The position numbers and the translations under genes are program-made. Below the pieces are notes generated by a model. It saw only the letters and a program-made list of their open reading frames with translations. It made no database searches and was not told where the DNA came from. Shown piece by piece: positions 12,001 through 25,403 of a stretch of 64,000 nucleotides of DNA (its first letter is position 1; each line of letters begins with the position of its first letter). The stretch is from Botryllus schlosseri (Eukaryota): the NCBI GenBank assembly GCA_051294905.1, contig CM119372.1, forward strand, positions 38,938,001 to 39,002,000, read 5' to 3'.

Positions 12001-15000
12001 CATGCAGCCGTTGAGCAGTAATTATGCGGCCCTTATACACATAATTAAATTAGCGTGTGTTGGCGACCATCAATATGCGATTTCAATTACTTTTTAGAAT
12101 CTTGTTGAAAGTTTTATTCACGCATGGCAAGATTCAGGGTGACTCGGGACTTTTTTAAAATATCATAGCGTAATCTAATCTGAGCCCCGCAGATAAAAAT
12201 GATGCAGCCCACAAAGAAATACCAAGTCGGAATTGTGTGCGTCTCACGAATGAAGAAGCTTCTAGTACGTTAGGGTGATTCCAATATATATTTCGGCTAT
12301 GTCTACAATCCTGATGGGACGTCAAAAAATAACAACATGCAGCAAAGTATATGCATCGTCATTGATTTTGTGCTAAAAAATTTCGAAGACGCCCCCCACA
12401 TCAGCTCTACCGGTTAATCTGATCACGTGGGCTAAGAATTGATAAATATTTGACAGTAACATATGAAACAACCAATATTGTCGAATAAATCATTTTTCAA
12501 GGTGGAGAATTTTTTTGCGCTCCGCGCGGCTAGAAAGGGTATCCAGATATCTTCTCCTAGCATTTATATTCAAGATTTTGGTACATAGATAGTAAGCCTG
12601 CGTAGTGTTCTGCTGATACATTTTAAAACTTTTATATACGCAAGTTATGTTTCAAGAAATCAGTGATGGTACAGAACACCACATGGACTCTTCGCGGTGC
12701 GAAGTTCCCAGTAGCCAATTTAACATGAATAGATGACGTTCAGATGGGCCTTGACGACTCTCCACCGGGATGCGGCCTTATGCTATCTATGGAGTCAAAG
12801 TACGGCTGTGAATAGCAAAAGGGCTGAACACCCTAGATTAGGCTTACTATACAGAATGAGTGTGTTATGTGGTCAGGGGCGTACTAGTTTCGAGTAAACG
12901 TTATAAGGGTGCACCATGACGCAAAGGTTAAAGAGCACTGCTCTAGGGTGATATTGACCGCCTTGGACTCATATTATAGGCTACTTATTTTTCTCACTCT
13001 AAATATGTTTGTTCCAACAGTTAAAAGACAGTTTCTGGGCCCATTTTTCAATTATCGGTTCTGATATACAAGACTTGAGCAAGTCTTATAGATAGACATA
13101 TGAATTGGGCGAGTCATGCGCAATGACTAGAGTACAAGTCGAGTCAATACACACATAGACTCAATGAAAAATTGCGACTCGAGTCTGACTCAAGGCATTA
13201 CAACCTTGGATTCAAGTACTCGGATCGCAGTGCCCAGCCGCAATGGTGGCTAGGATGTTGACACAACATTGCAGTACGGTTACAATGCGGCATATGAGCA
13301 TGTTCGACATATAGCCTACTATCTTGTAGGGTGCTTTATTTAGGCTTTAAAGGTAAAGAATTCGAAGTTTTTCGACTGATTGATTTATTTGGAAAAATCT
13401 GAGGTTTTGATGAAAACATGTTGGATAACAAAAGCATTTTTTGCCTCATGAAGCCTGGCACGCATGGGCCGAATGAAATCGCCCCCGAGTAATACATCTG
13501 AAATGCCTATATCATCATAGTCCGTAACCAGAGCATGGGCTGACTAGTTATGGTGCCACATCAAAACTACATCGTCATCAAGATTCTCAAGTCTCAACTA
13601 CCAAGTGGTATTATGACTATTGTATTCACTACCAAATCACTCAGTATAGTTGACAATACCCGCCAATGCATCCTTATAATCCACAGTTAAAATTATTCAA
13701 AATTACCCTGCGGGTCGCAGGATGCGAACTGCTGATCTATTACGTTAAGATTGCTTAACTTAGCAAACAATACAGGACGTCAATGTTACGATTCAGCATA
13801 AACTAAGTTCATATTGAGTGCAGAAGCTGCACGGGTGTCTTGTATACACACACATAGCGACAAGCCCTTTGAAAATTCATACCTATTCCCAAACGCAATA
13901 CAGGATGTGATTAAAGCTGGTGTTCGTAATTGATCTTGCAGTCCGTAAACCGATCGAATACAGAATAGAAAAAAGACATAGGGCCTACAGTCATACACCT
14001 ACTATAACAGGGGCGGGTCACATTCGGCACGTGACGTGATTTTGAGCGGTCCGCAGACAGTTTTCGGTCTTACATGTGGCCAGTGGCCGCTGTCTGAGGC
14101 AATCGCCACTACTTGCTTACTACGTCAAATTATAGTGACTGTAGCTGTAGGTTGTTCTCTAATTATTTGTTTTCAGTCACTTCACAAGCATGTTACTGGT
14201 ATCGTGGTATGTTCCGTCACAAAGGCCCCCTTCATTTTTCCTACATGGTGTTTCCAACATTTTCGGCCATGAACATTAACAAGACAAAGTTGAGTTGCAT
14301 TAAACTGCTGTTTACGTGCAGTCTTTACCGAGGATTTCCAAGTTTCAGTTCAAAGGACTTGTTGACAACTTTGATCGACCACAGATGTCTCATTGACTTC
14401 AACAACAGCTATTAAAGTACATTATGCTAATTAATTCAACAGATACTGATTTGGGTATCTACACTTCAAACTTGAAGTAAACAATAAATACGATTATTTC
14501 TTGTATAGGTGGATAAATACGCGATTATCGCATCCTTTGAAAAATCCGGCCCGCTAAGCACTTTATCATGCCCATTCCGTTCTAGAATGTCCAACTGACA
14601 ATCTGCACTTGGCGCACCATAAAATTGATGTTGTCCATGGATTTCAAATTCTGTTACCTAGCTACTACAAGATGAGTCAGGCTGAGGTTTATAGTGAATC
14701 GCTCTGTAGTGTTTTGATAGTAGCAATCCAAAGAGTTGAGCAAAAGCAGTCACTCATGGCTTGTTTGAAAGATGTTATCTCTGTCTCAGTGAATAGTATG
14801 TAGGCAACCTATTCCCAATAGGTATACGTTGAGGACTACATAAGGAAGTAACCGAAACATGTAGATTTTTACAAGGTTTTCTCATCTTCTCAATCATATA
14901 CACGAGCGTTGGCCTGCTCTCGTCTCCCTTGGTGGTGTAGTTGGTTAGGCGTTAACGTTCTGTATCCAACGATATATAACTTGCTGGTTTCGCATGCCAT

Positions 15001-18000
15001 TGAGGTCGTATTTTACAGTTTTGAAAAGTGAAGCAAAATTTTTCGGGATAGCTTGCCGGTGCCATTCAGTTAAGAGTCATCAAGTTATATAATCGATTTC
15101 AAGGCTTGATTAACATGATTGTAGTTCTGGGAACTATACTCCGGCAACTTACCTTCGGCGTTAAGGTGGCATGTTTCGAAGGGTCCGATAAACGCATAGC
15201 GCATTCCTATTCCGTCCGTCATTGCCTTGTCAACATCTTCCACTGACAAGTAGCCGTCCTGAAATAAAAAGGAATTCAAAAGTCTCAAGAAGGCCGTGAC
15301 AAATATTGACTCAACCGCAGCATGTTAGGACTTACCCAGCAGATCAAAAAGTGATGGTGTAAACTAAAACGCAGACGTGCGACAAAAGTGACGAAGAGGC
15401 TTTACTACAAATTGTTGTCGGGTAGAAAACTAAGGCCTATAAAGTGGGCTGCAAGCTGTAAAATGTCAAATGATAAGTCCAACGACAGTGAAAAATCTAC
15501 GATACAAACGAAATGCAGGTTGCAAAAAAGTTTAACCTTGTAAAAATTTTTAACATTTTATGACCCAATTCTACAATTTTGACCTAATTTTGACTTATTT
15601 GACATGTCAAAAAAAATCGCCCTATTGATCAGCATTACCAAAACAGAGATATGGTCAGTAAAAAGTAGGGGAGAGGAGGCACAGATGAGACATGCATTTT
15701 TTTCATAGAACAATTTATTTTCTAATCGGCAGATTCATTCAACTATGCTGACCCCATAGCGTAGTCTATAGCCCGACCATATGACCAGGCAAACAGATGA
15801 GATTGGGCAGAAAAATGCCTAAAAGGTATTTTTGTGGTTTTCATTGAAGCTAATTCAATAATGGAGGTGTGAGGGGTAAGATGAGACAGAGACATGGGGG
15901 CAAGTTGAGACGTGGATATCGGACATATTTTCCATTGAAAGCCTTGAAGTATTCAAAATTGAAACTTTTCACAGCACAGATTACAGAGTAGGTCCTAGTT
16001 ATCTAGTAATTGACCAGATGCGGCAGTGGCAGTACAAGACAAACAAGCTGTTATTGTTGCAGGATCTCAAGGATAATTTGCTCTTGATGGCATTAAAAAT
16101 TATATATGTTGTATAAATTCGTGAAAGTGAATTTTCGCATGATTAATGGATTTTATTCACAATATTACTAGTTGATTCAGCATTCGAGATGATTTGGTGC
16201 TGTAACAAACAAGAATTGCATGGTGTCACAACTTCAACACAGTGTGTCTCATGTTACCCTCACTCAGTGAGACATTTGACCAAGGATTTTTGATGCCCAA
16301 GAAATCCGGGAGTATTTTGTTCATTATTAGTCAAAATAGAATCATAAAGCTTTCTATAGGAACCAAAATTTATGTTCAGAAGGCATTGTCTTCGAGTGGC
16401 GTTGAAACATGCGGAAAGTGTCTCATCTTACCCCTACTTCTACTGAGTTTGGCACTTACAATACTACTCAAGATTTCAGGCAAAATGCATACTTTTAAGA
16501 CTTTGGTTTTAATGAGGTGGAAGCAGTCTTGAAACATGTATTCATCAAGTGGACGAATGAAATTGTAACAACAAATTATCACGGTACCAGGAAATCAATA
16601 TATTTCGAAAATTGCACTAGTTTGTAATTCATTAGTTACTTTCAAGATGAATCTTGCAGTCACTTTCGGTCGATACGATACATCTCACATAAATTTACTT
16701 TATGAAACTAATTACGAGAGTACCTTTAAGATTTTGATTTTAAATTTCCACTCGAATAAATTTTGACGTGTCAAATTCAATTTTCTCATTTTCTCATCAC
16801 AAACAATTAGCAATTATTCAGAGGTAGGTGCGCAAGAAATTTCAGTCGGCGGCCAACGACACCACAAACAAGTGAAATTATTTTAAACATATTCGGTTAC
16901 GGTGACACGCGGGGTGTTTTGACCAGTACCATTCATTATCAAAATTTCATCCGTAAAGTTGATGCAAGCATTTCGTTCTTAATAGATTTCAATTTCTATA
17001 GCACACGAAGAGTAAAAAGTCCGTGGTTTGGCTTAGGAAATTGCGAATTGTAAGTACCGGTAGTGTAAAAACAATCAATTGAGCAAGCAGTAAAAGTGTA
17101 GGCGACGGCTATTCTAGTACTCTGTAAAACGAGGAGTGCATTGTTGCTGGGCGACTCTGCTATTAACTTACAGTTTGAGATGCAACATTTCTAGAATTCT
17201 GTTCTGTGCGCCACGAAAAACATACCGAGTCTTTGAATTTCAAAAGTCACATACCAACACTAGTCTCCAGCATTCGTTGATGATCGAGTACTGAATTCTG
17301 TTCAACGCGAATCCGTCGATCTCCTTCTTCAGAGTGATGGGCGTTTGTCCGATCTCGGCCATTAGGTTCCGCGTGCGTTCAATCACACCGGCCGACGTTT
17401 CGGGGTGAGGAACAATTTCCGTGAGTGGGCAAAGCGAAGGCGGATTGCACTGTTGGAATTAAAGTCTCGGCGTTATTGAGAAATGCGCGACACTTTGAAG
17501 AATGAAGTTCAGTCTAGTGTATATGACAATGTACAAATGTGGTTATCAATGGGGCTACTACCAAGAATTAAAACTGGTGCCTTCACTGTCCAAGGTGGTG
17601 GTACACTAACTCGCCCAAATATAGTAGCATTTGGGTGCAACGTGCCACTACCCTACTCGCCACTCATGGTACTCGAAGTGGTATAGGGTGCCACAGACTA
17701 TGCTCACTTTGAGAGGGTGCCGCAAGGTTGGAAAGGTTGAGAACCACTGATAACACTTAGCGACAAAGACAGTGGTAGAAAATCAGTGCTAGCAAAAATG
17801 GCATCCCACTATTCTACTCGAAATGTTACAATTATTACTCAATTTGTAATCGAGTACTGGAATTATTGCTCCCAGCCCTAATTCTGATACACCTAGCTCT
17901 CAAAAATGAGTGGTAATAGTTTTGTTTACCGGATGGGCAATGATGCATTGCGAAACTCTCTTCAGTCCGGTGAAGAGCTTTGACGGCATAATGCACGAGG

Positions 18001-20904
18001 TAGAGCTGCACAGAACGGTCTGGTCATTGTTGCAGTAATCTGATATATCACGAAATACTTTTTTCTTCAATTCCACATCTTCGAAAACACATTCCTAAAT
18101 ACGATTGCAGAAAAGCATTACTAAAGCAAAAAATATAGCAATTCAGGTCATGACTGCTTGGACTTGAAAATTCTGAAATATGCCACATTTACAAACATGA
18201 CACATTGCAGCAGGGGCCAGCAACTCGTGACCCACAAGTAGCCCATTACAACATCTACTGGACAAAAACCGGTTATGAAAACGGTGTATTGAGTGACGCA
18301 GCAGTATCGTAGAGCCTTCGTTTTCCGATATTGATATTTTTGGCCTACCAAGTTGAAAAGTTGGACCTCTTGTAAAAGTGGCCAATTTTTAGTTGGTGAT
18401 CCGTGCATGACATGGCAGATATCTCACATTTCAGAGAAGTTGAAATTTGAGCGACTTAGATTCCAATATGATGTCCATAAGGGTATTCGCCGAAAAGCAA
18501 TAAAATAATCATAGTCAATAAAGATCTGTTAAAGTTGCACAAAGCTATCAACTATCAAAGCAACAACACTATTCTTGTAGCATTTGAATAATCAAATATC
18601 AAAAACACCTCTTACACGAATGGGGGCCATTGATGAACACAAAATCAATAGGGTCGCGAAGACTCGACTCGACTCCCGATTATCTGATAACTCGACTTGA
18701 ACTCGAGTCATTGCGAATGACTCGAATCAAGTCATATGACTCGAGATTCAGACAGCCAAGACCGACATTTCATTGTAATTTCGAAGAATGGATAAGTCAA
18801 TACACAATCGGGATTTCGTCTATTGGTAACTGGTACTTGAAAATGCGACTAGAAACTGCTAAAAGTGAGGAGAATTAGTATATTATAAATGCGAACTATT
18901 CGATATCACCAAATAGAGTTATAAAAAGTGGTTTAACAAGACTTTAACTGGAAACTGACCAGTCAACAAAATGACTTCGACTCGAGTCATAATACCATGA
19001 CTCGGACTCGGCCCTCTACTCGCTGACTTGGACTCTGACTTGACTCGGTGGTGAATTGAAAATGACTAGAATTGACTCGAGTCAAAACTATAAAAGTGAG
19101 ATTGACTAGTGACCGGAGCCTTGTGACTTGGTTACAACCTTGTTTGGGAAAATTTCGAATTTTCTCGATTTTACTTATTTCACCCCTGTTACAACGTGGC
19201 TTTCTCAATGCAGTCGACCGATATCAATCAAATCAGCATCATAATTTTTTTGGGTTAATTAGCAATTCCTTTACCCCAAACTCTATCATCACCTCGATTA
19301 AGATGAAAATGTGTCAAAAAGCATCACTCTACCCTTAGCCATGCCTGGAACAAGATGTTTTAACCAAATTTACCACCGTAAATACTATTGTTTGGTAATA
19401 TGGTTGAAATTTCAAGTTTAATTTGGTCTGCTGCTACTGGTGTGAATTGGAATGGAGCCAACTTAGGTGCGTAACGAGATTTCAGGTAAGGTAATGTCGT
19501 ACAATGACTATCGTCTCGTCGTTACTGACTATAGCTTTATTACAGTAAAGGTATAAGCAATGTGGCTTCAAGCAACATAGAACACAACCGACAGCAGAAC
19601 AGAAAGTGTGAATGAATGACACGATAACGATAAGGAGACAACATACTGTGCAAAGGAACTAATCCAATGAAAGTAAATATTGCCTAATTGCGGATCACCA
19701 CAACAAACAATATGATCGGTGTCCGTGTAAGTGAAATTTTGAAATACTATATTTCAGAATATCTTTTGTGAGTATAATACTTACAACCGAAAATACAATA
19801 CAAACCTGCACATGGACAGCGTCTGTGACCACTTCTGGAAGGTCACTAGTGATTGATATCAACGCAGACTGCTCTTTGGCACTCAGAGAACCGCGCAATA
19901 ACCCATCTTTTTCCGTATCATACAGTTGCTCTCTCAAGTGAGAAGAGACGTTGATTATATTTTACAGCTATGCATATATGGTTCAGCCGACATGTACACT
20001 TACTCTATTATTTTATATGCTCTTTCCAATGCGTTCTTGTCAATATCATACATGACCACCTTGTAACCGCCGGCAGCGAAAAGCATGGCCCAGCTTCGAC
20101 CGATCAGGCCACTGAAACAATATCGAGTATTGCATTTGCAATGTATATGACGTATAGTATTGTTCATTTTATTGGTTGATAGACAAGTGCCAGTAGTCAC
20201 ATCTTCTTATTTATTTTGTTATGGAGATCATTGTTGTTTCCAAGCTGAGTCAGTTAGTTATTTCATACACATAGTAAGTGATCACATAGAATTATGGTTA
20301 TGAGTAATTTTTCATTTCAGGATACCAGGCAGGTATATTAACAGCAGTTGTCATTATGAACAAAGAGCTCTCAACCAAAGGCATCCTCACATAATCCTCC
20401 AGAAGAAGCCACCCAAAAGTGAAAAGTTTCAGTTTGAACGAGATCAACAACAGTACAAAATTATATCAGTAAACAGCAATAACGAGCAGCGATGATTCTC
20501 CATTGCTCAATAGCGAGTCCTAGAGCTTCTGGTGATACCGTTTTCGAAAGTTAGCACAATGTCGTCATGGAAAAACTTGGGGATAAATGATATGGAACCG
20601 CCTAGGTCAAGGTGGGTGTCTGATTCCATAGACTACTCCAAGTCGCTTCGACACCTTCCTATCTTTCCATTGCATCGCATTTTGTGGTGTATTGAACTGA
20701 TGAAATTGCTAATGAACCAATGATGATGATGATGATGTCATTGATGTGTAGCTGAAAGCAGGCAGCTGTTTAAATAATTAAATCGAGTATATATCCTGGA
20801 GAAAAGGTTGATACCGGTATCTCTAAAATTGCTTCTTAATTAATCTAAATAGTAAGGCAATATTCAAGTATCAAATACCTTCCCACGATTCCAATTTTCT
20901 TCAT
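8890..20904 (-). CDS. CRYL1: Lambda-crystallin homolog / L-gulonate 3-dehydrogenase, 8 coding exons: 20879-20904, 20004-20111, 19806-19932, 17930-18094, 17255-17449, 15153-15258, 9066-9172, 8890-9003 (948 nt, 315 aa)
   Basis: Spliced translation [31 protein letters not shown]...[14 protein letters not shown]...[12 protein letters not shown]...AHPCNPP...[12 protein letters not shown]...[21 protein letters not shown]...[17 protein letters not shown]. Has the Rossmann GxGxxG motif and the HPxNPP catalytic motif of the 3-hydroxyacyl-CoA dehydrogenase/CRYL1 family. All introns are GT-AG and the phases join without stops. Confidence 0.96.
9066..9172 (-). CDS. CRYL1: CRYL1 exon 7 ([35 protein letters not shown])
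   Basis: Poly-T tract then tcag| acceptor, AAG|gtttct donor, 107 nt. Confidence 0.93.
9266..9776. mobile_element. Foldback MITE (TAGGGGTGTTCAAAAAT termini) in CRYL1 intron 6
   Basis: Terminal and internal inverted repeats; shares AATTTGACTCAATTCCAACCAGT with 50558-51163. Confidence 0.85.
11936..12835. mobile_element. Diverged copy of the 2641/6302 hAT family
   Basis: Colinear internal homology (ACAATCCTGATGGGA.GTCAA.AAATAACA.CATGCA), degraded ends. Confidence 0.6.
14007..14583 (+). mobile_element. Charlie/Buster-type hAT deletion derivative with transposase C-terminal remnant
   Basis: CAGGGGCGGG end; frameshifted [12 protein letters not shown]...[13 protein letters not shown]; homologous to 28915-29070. 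Confidence 0.65.
15153..15258 (-). CDS. CRYL1: CRYL1 exon 6 ([36 protein letters not shown])
   Basis: tttcag| acceptor, |gtaagt donor, 106 nt. Confidence 0.95.
15668..16440. mobile_element. TA-flanked non-autonomous element (Tc1/mariner-pogo-like) in CRYL1 intron 5
   Basis: Repeated AGATGAGACA motifs on the left, inverted TGTCTCATCTTACCCC on the right; TA on both sides. Confidence 0.55.
17255..17449 (-). CDS. CRYL1: CRYL1 exon 5 ([16 protein letters not shown]...[25 protein letters not shown])
   Basis: caacag| acceptor, |gtatgt donor, 195 nt; translated by hand. Confidence 0.95.
17930..18094 (-). CDS. CRYL1: CRYL1 exon 4 ([14 protein letters not shown]...[26 protein letters not shown])
   Basis: tttag| acceptor, |gtaaac donor, 165 nt; absent from the ORF track, translated by hand. 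Confidence 0.95.
18649..19142. mobile_element. GACTCGAGTC-family MITE in CRYL1 intron 3
   Basis: Matches both halves of 2428-5813 joined together. Confidence 0.75.
19806..19932 (-). CDS. CRYL1: CRYL1 exon 3 ([42 protein letters not shown])
   Basis: Only phase-compatible acceptor is cacttgag|; donor CAG|gtttg; 127 nt. Confidence 0.88.
20004..20111 (-). CDS. CRYL1: CRYL1 exon 2 ([35 protein letters not shown])
   Basis: tttcag| acceptor, |gtaagt donor, 108 nt. Confidence 0.95.
20599..20738 (+). mobile_element. SINE 3' portion with (ATG)n tail in CRYL1 intron 1
   Basis: Homologous to the 3' half of the SINE at 63416-63718; close inverted copy at 21858-21991. Confidence 0.7.
20879..20904 (-). 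CDS. CRYL1: CRYL1 exon 1 (MKKIGIVG-S)
   Basis: ATG at 20904; donor AG|GTATT at 20878; phase 2 matches exon 2. Confidence 0.9.
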
Positions 20905-20982
20905 TGTTCCAGATGAAACTAATCGACTCCACGAACTCAGCCGCAGACAGCATGCGGCAATCGAGCAAACAAAAATGCAAAC

Positions 20983-21568
20983 TATAGAATGTAAACGTGG
21001 AATGGCAGCGACCGATTTTGCAGCTTCGTTCCGCTTCGCTGAAGCTTTACTCAGACTTATTTTACGACAGCTACTGTAGAATTTCTGGCAATCCAAAAGT
21101 TGTCTTCCAGAGCTCAGAATTTACTGAATCCGGTCTTGATGGAAAGCTACTGTCGCACTGATTTCGAAAATATCAATCAAAATATGGTGAAGCACCGTAC
21201 TGAGATGAAAAACCACCCTCAACATCTAAAATCTGCATTGTTCAGAACAATCGGATACCGCAAAACAATGACCATAACAATGACCCATTGCGGCTCTTCG
21301 ATTGTTCGGACAATGCCGATAATTCAGACTTGGAGGGCGAATTCTAATCGGTTCAGTGCCTGATCATATTTTTATTTACATTTTCGGAATCAGTGCGATA
21401 GTAGCTTTCGATCAAGACCAGGTTCAGTAAATTCTGAGCTCTGGAAGACAACTTTTGGATTGCCAGAAATCCTACAGTAGCTGCCGTAAAATAAGTCTGA
21501 GTAAAGCTTCAGCGAAGCGGAACGAAGCTGCAAAATCGGTCGCTGCCATTCCATGTTTACATTCTATA
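20983..21568. mobile_element. 586-bp foldback element with TATAGA...TCTATA termini
   Basis: Near-perfect long inverted arms; 8-bp TSD atgcaaac (20975-20982 / 21569-21576). Confidence 0.92.
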
Positions 21569-21857
21569 ATGCAAACAACGCAAAAATTCGTCATGCGTGG
21601 ATGCATTGCTAACCATTGAAGAAATTTGACGTTAAATGGGAATTATATTGAAGCTCGTTTGATATTCTTGCATTTTACTGCCTAATTATATCCTGAACTA
21701 TTGGACAAGCAAATATAGGGATACTTCATTACAATTTACCTCGAGGTATCCCAAAGATGTCATCATCATCATTTTGATATAGTTTTTATCAAATCAATAC
21801 ACCATGAGATTCAATTCAATTTATTGCTAACAATAGTAAAAATTTCATCATTTCACT

Positions 21858-22330
21858 ATCATCATCATTGGTTTATTAGCAATTTTATCAGTTCAATACA
21901 CCACAAAAAATGCGATACAATGAAAAGACAGGAAGGTGTCGAAGCGACAAGGAGCAGTCTATGGAATCTGACACCCACCTTGGCCTAGGCGATGCAAAGA
22001 GGAGGCATGCACACTGAATGAAAGTAAAGAAGATACTATAGAAAAAGAAAGCGACAATAAATAGGGCGGCATGTCATGGGAAGCGAGATCGATAGGTCAG
22101 TCGTGGTCCGGTTCACTACACCACAAGACTGTGATACAATGAAAAATTGTAAGGTGTATAAACGACTTGGAGTAGTCTTCGAAATCAGACACCCACCTGG
22201 CCTAGATGATGTAAAAATTGGGACATGTGCACTGAATGAAAAGTGAAAGAAGATAATATAAAAGGACATGCAGCGAGGCGACAAAAAAGGTGTCATGTAT
22301 CAGAAAACGAAATCGATATGCCATGTCGTT
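21858..22330 (-). mobile_element. Two tandem SINE copies upstream of CRYL1
   Basis: Each has GACACCCACCT(T)GGCCTAG and TGCACTGAATGAAA-like blocks; reverse complement of 20599-20738. Confidence 0.7.
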
Positions 22331-22945
22331 GCCCAGTGAACTAGAGGGCTAACTAGTATAGATTAAGTATAAATTGCTTGTATTTCGACTTGAATGTGGA
22401 CTTTCTCGATGACTGTCATCGGATACTCGGCGAGATACTATTCCACCAATCAGGTCCGGCATATTTGATACAGCGATGATATTTCTTTTTTACCATATAG
22501 TAATTGGTCGACGTGGACGAGCGTTGTTTCATACTTATGCACTTCTGATACCGAGGTAAAAGAAGTCGATTGTAAGTTTTTCCTGCCAATGGCGACAGTG
22601 GAACTGAAACTTTGCAATTTCTAGTTTCTTCATATCTTTCATGTTTAGGACACCGAATCTCTTGAGCAGTGATTTGTTGGACCTACGTCCTGCATGGTCC
22701 CTTTGGGACCCTGACTATGATAGGGAGGACCTGATGTTGTAGGCTAGTTTTTGCAGTGGATTCAGTGCGTTAACATTGGCAGCCCTAAACAGATGATGCC
22801 ATATTGTAACTTTGATAGGAATAATGATTTATAGATAGTATCAGAAGAACCCAGAATAGCATGTAGTCTCAGTAGAACAGACCACAGTTCGAATCTGGTA
22901 AAACCCCAAGATTGCGATATAGTGAAAAGTTAAGAGAGTGCCGCA

Positions 22946-23560
22946 CAGTGACGTATAGGCGCATATGCTGCCGCCACTTGCTTTCGTTGAAAATGCCGCC
23001 CCCAGTAGACTGCAATAGATTTTGAAATAGTTTCATGTTCCAGCAATCTTTTCAATAAAAATAAATACAAATACTATACCACGTACATCTCAGATGTTCT
23101 ATATTGCTTGACAAAGAAGCCAGCTCGCAGTGTCAGCGTTAAAAGGCCAAAAATAACAGACAAACAATGGAAAACAAATGTATTCGGAAAATGAAAGAGC
23201 AATATAGCAGCCTAAAAATTGAACTTATTTCGGGTTTTCGCTGGAGGAAAGTCAGCAATAATATCTTTGAAATCAAGTTTTTGAACGTAGTATAGTCTTT
23301 TTCTGTATGCAGAATCGACAGAGCTGATAGCCGATCATCATTCATGGTAGAACGTAAATACGACTTCATCCTTTTGAGCTTGAGAAACTCCTCTCACAGC
23401 TCGCAATTGAAACACAAATGGTAAGATAAAGATTCAGACATAAGTACCTATGCTGAATACCGTGTCGAATCAAGTAGGTGTGATTTAGCTATTGTAAAAC
23501 ATTAAATGCTGTTGCATTACGATCAAACGTTGCTTCACTGTTTCGCACCGGCCTCTTATA
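22946..23560 (-). pseudogene. hAT transposase C-terminal (dimerization domain) remnant with one terminal repeat
   Basis: LYLTICVSIASCERS/ then frameshift /KLKRMKSYLRSTMNDDRLSALSILHTE; CAGTGACGTA end at 22946. Confidence 0.85.
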
Positions 23561-25403
23561 TCGGTCTTGAAATCATTTTGTCACGCGCAACTAGTCGAAA
23601 AAAATCACCGACTCCAGTTTTTAGTAATAGATCGTAACAAATTAGGTCGTGATTAGCCATATCATCGCATTGTGTGCACTGTGCTGAGTGTGCAGCCTTA
23701 TTTTCCGCCCCTTTCAGCCAGAACCGCCAAGTGTCTTCGCATCGCATTGTGTCTTATCGCATTGTAGGCTACATTGTGTGTGAAAATATAACTTAACGAT
23801 TATTATTTACGCCGCTGATGCCGCAACGACTTGGAGTAGTCTGGAGAGTAGTCTAGACTTGGAAAGTTAGGAAAGGATAATATAAAAGGAAGCGACGAAA
23901 AATGAAAGCAGCATGTGTCGGTCGGTAGGCGATGTCGATAAAGTCAGATTGGGGTCCGGTAGTCTTGAAGGCGGACTAGGAGTCTGTGTAGCCTAGTTGT
24001 TGCTTTGTATATCTTGCGCTGCTGACCATAGATGAACAGGATTATCACATTTAAAACTTTCATTTGACTCTATTTGAATTGGAATTTTTGAACAGATGAA
24101 ATAGAATAAGGAAAGGGGGTTTGGAATATAATTTGTAATTGTAATTGATAGTGCACAGCCGTCCCTTTTAACAATGAACCAATGCTGTCCGGATGTTGAA
24201 TATAGTTCCGTAGTAAATTAGTCACGTAACCATGGTAGGCTACTCGGATTCATATATGTAAAACTACAAAACTGCCTCATTCTAGGCATGAAAAATCAAT
24301 GGCTTTTGTAGACGGTAAGAAAATGCCAATTGTATTGGTGTGCGGCCCGTAGAGTGATCGAGTTTATAATTTAAGTATGTGTTGTGTATTCGATTTGGCC
24401 TAAGTTCCTGTGGGCCAGGAGTAAGCTACTGGCCAAAATACACGAAAATATGCGTATGTGATCATGATATGAATATTTCTGACAAAATTTATTCAATGAC
24501 TTGAAAATATGTTCCATCGATACTCGATCGCATCGCTACTCTCGATCGGACATTATTCGATTACCGCACTTTATTTAGATGTATATCTCCAACATCATCA
24601 CCTTAATGACCCTGATCAGTCCTGTAATGTACTTAAACCCCTATGTACACCATATACCACCGTTTCCCTAGGTAGTGTGGGAGTATATGGTAATTGACAA
24701 CCTCCAAACCTACATGAACCTACCAACCGCAAGCTGATCTCATTCGATCTGGCTTATTTCATTCGATCAAAAGCAACTGCTGCCAAGCTGTAGCAACTTA
24801 TACCGCTGATAAAGCTGTAATACAGCTGTGATGCACCTGATTGCGGGAGAGTATGATAAATTGTGTATTTCACACCATATTAGGTTAGGATACGAATATG
24901 ACTTCCTATTGCAACTATCACGAGTCTATACAAACGTATGTTTAGCTGACTCGAGACGAGATTCATGTAAACCTACTTTCAACGTTGAATAAACTGCATG
25001 TGTATGGGCAATATATATCGTACGAAGAACTACCGCGACAGCAAACCAGGACAGTCTCTCAGTTAAGTACCAGACGGCTTACAGCCTAAAATTGGACACT
25101 TGGACAGCTACTTTCTGAGTTATACTTCACAGAGACAAATTCCTTAAATCGTTGCAGTAGGCCTATTTATATCTATCCATAGCTAGTCTAAATGGTTGTA
25201 CAAAGCAACCAACTGATCTGAGGTATCGCGAACACAAAAAATCAGCATTTATATTCTACAGGGGCCATGGCATATGTTGTTTTCCATCGTATATAGTTTA
25301 CTTGTTTTGCTGTTCATGTCATGGATCAGACTGTAAAGACAACGCTGGTTAACTGGTAGTTTTATGTTCTACATGTATATTTATCCTCATCGGCTAATAG
25401 GAC

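Noticed and set aside
14927..15005. Second tRNA-like sequence
   Set aside because: An A-box-like motif only; the B box is degenerate. At most a decayed SINE head.
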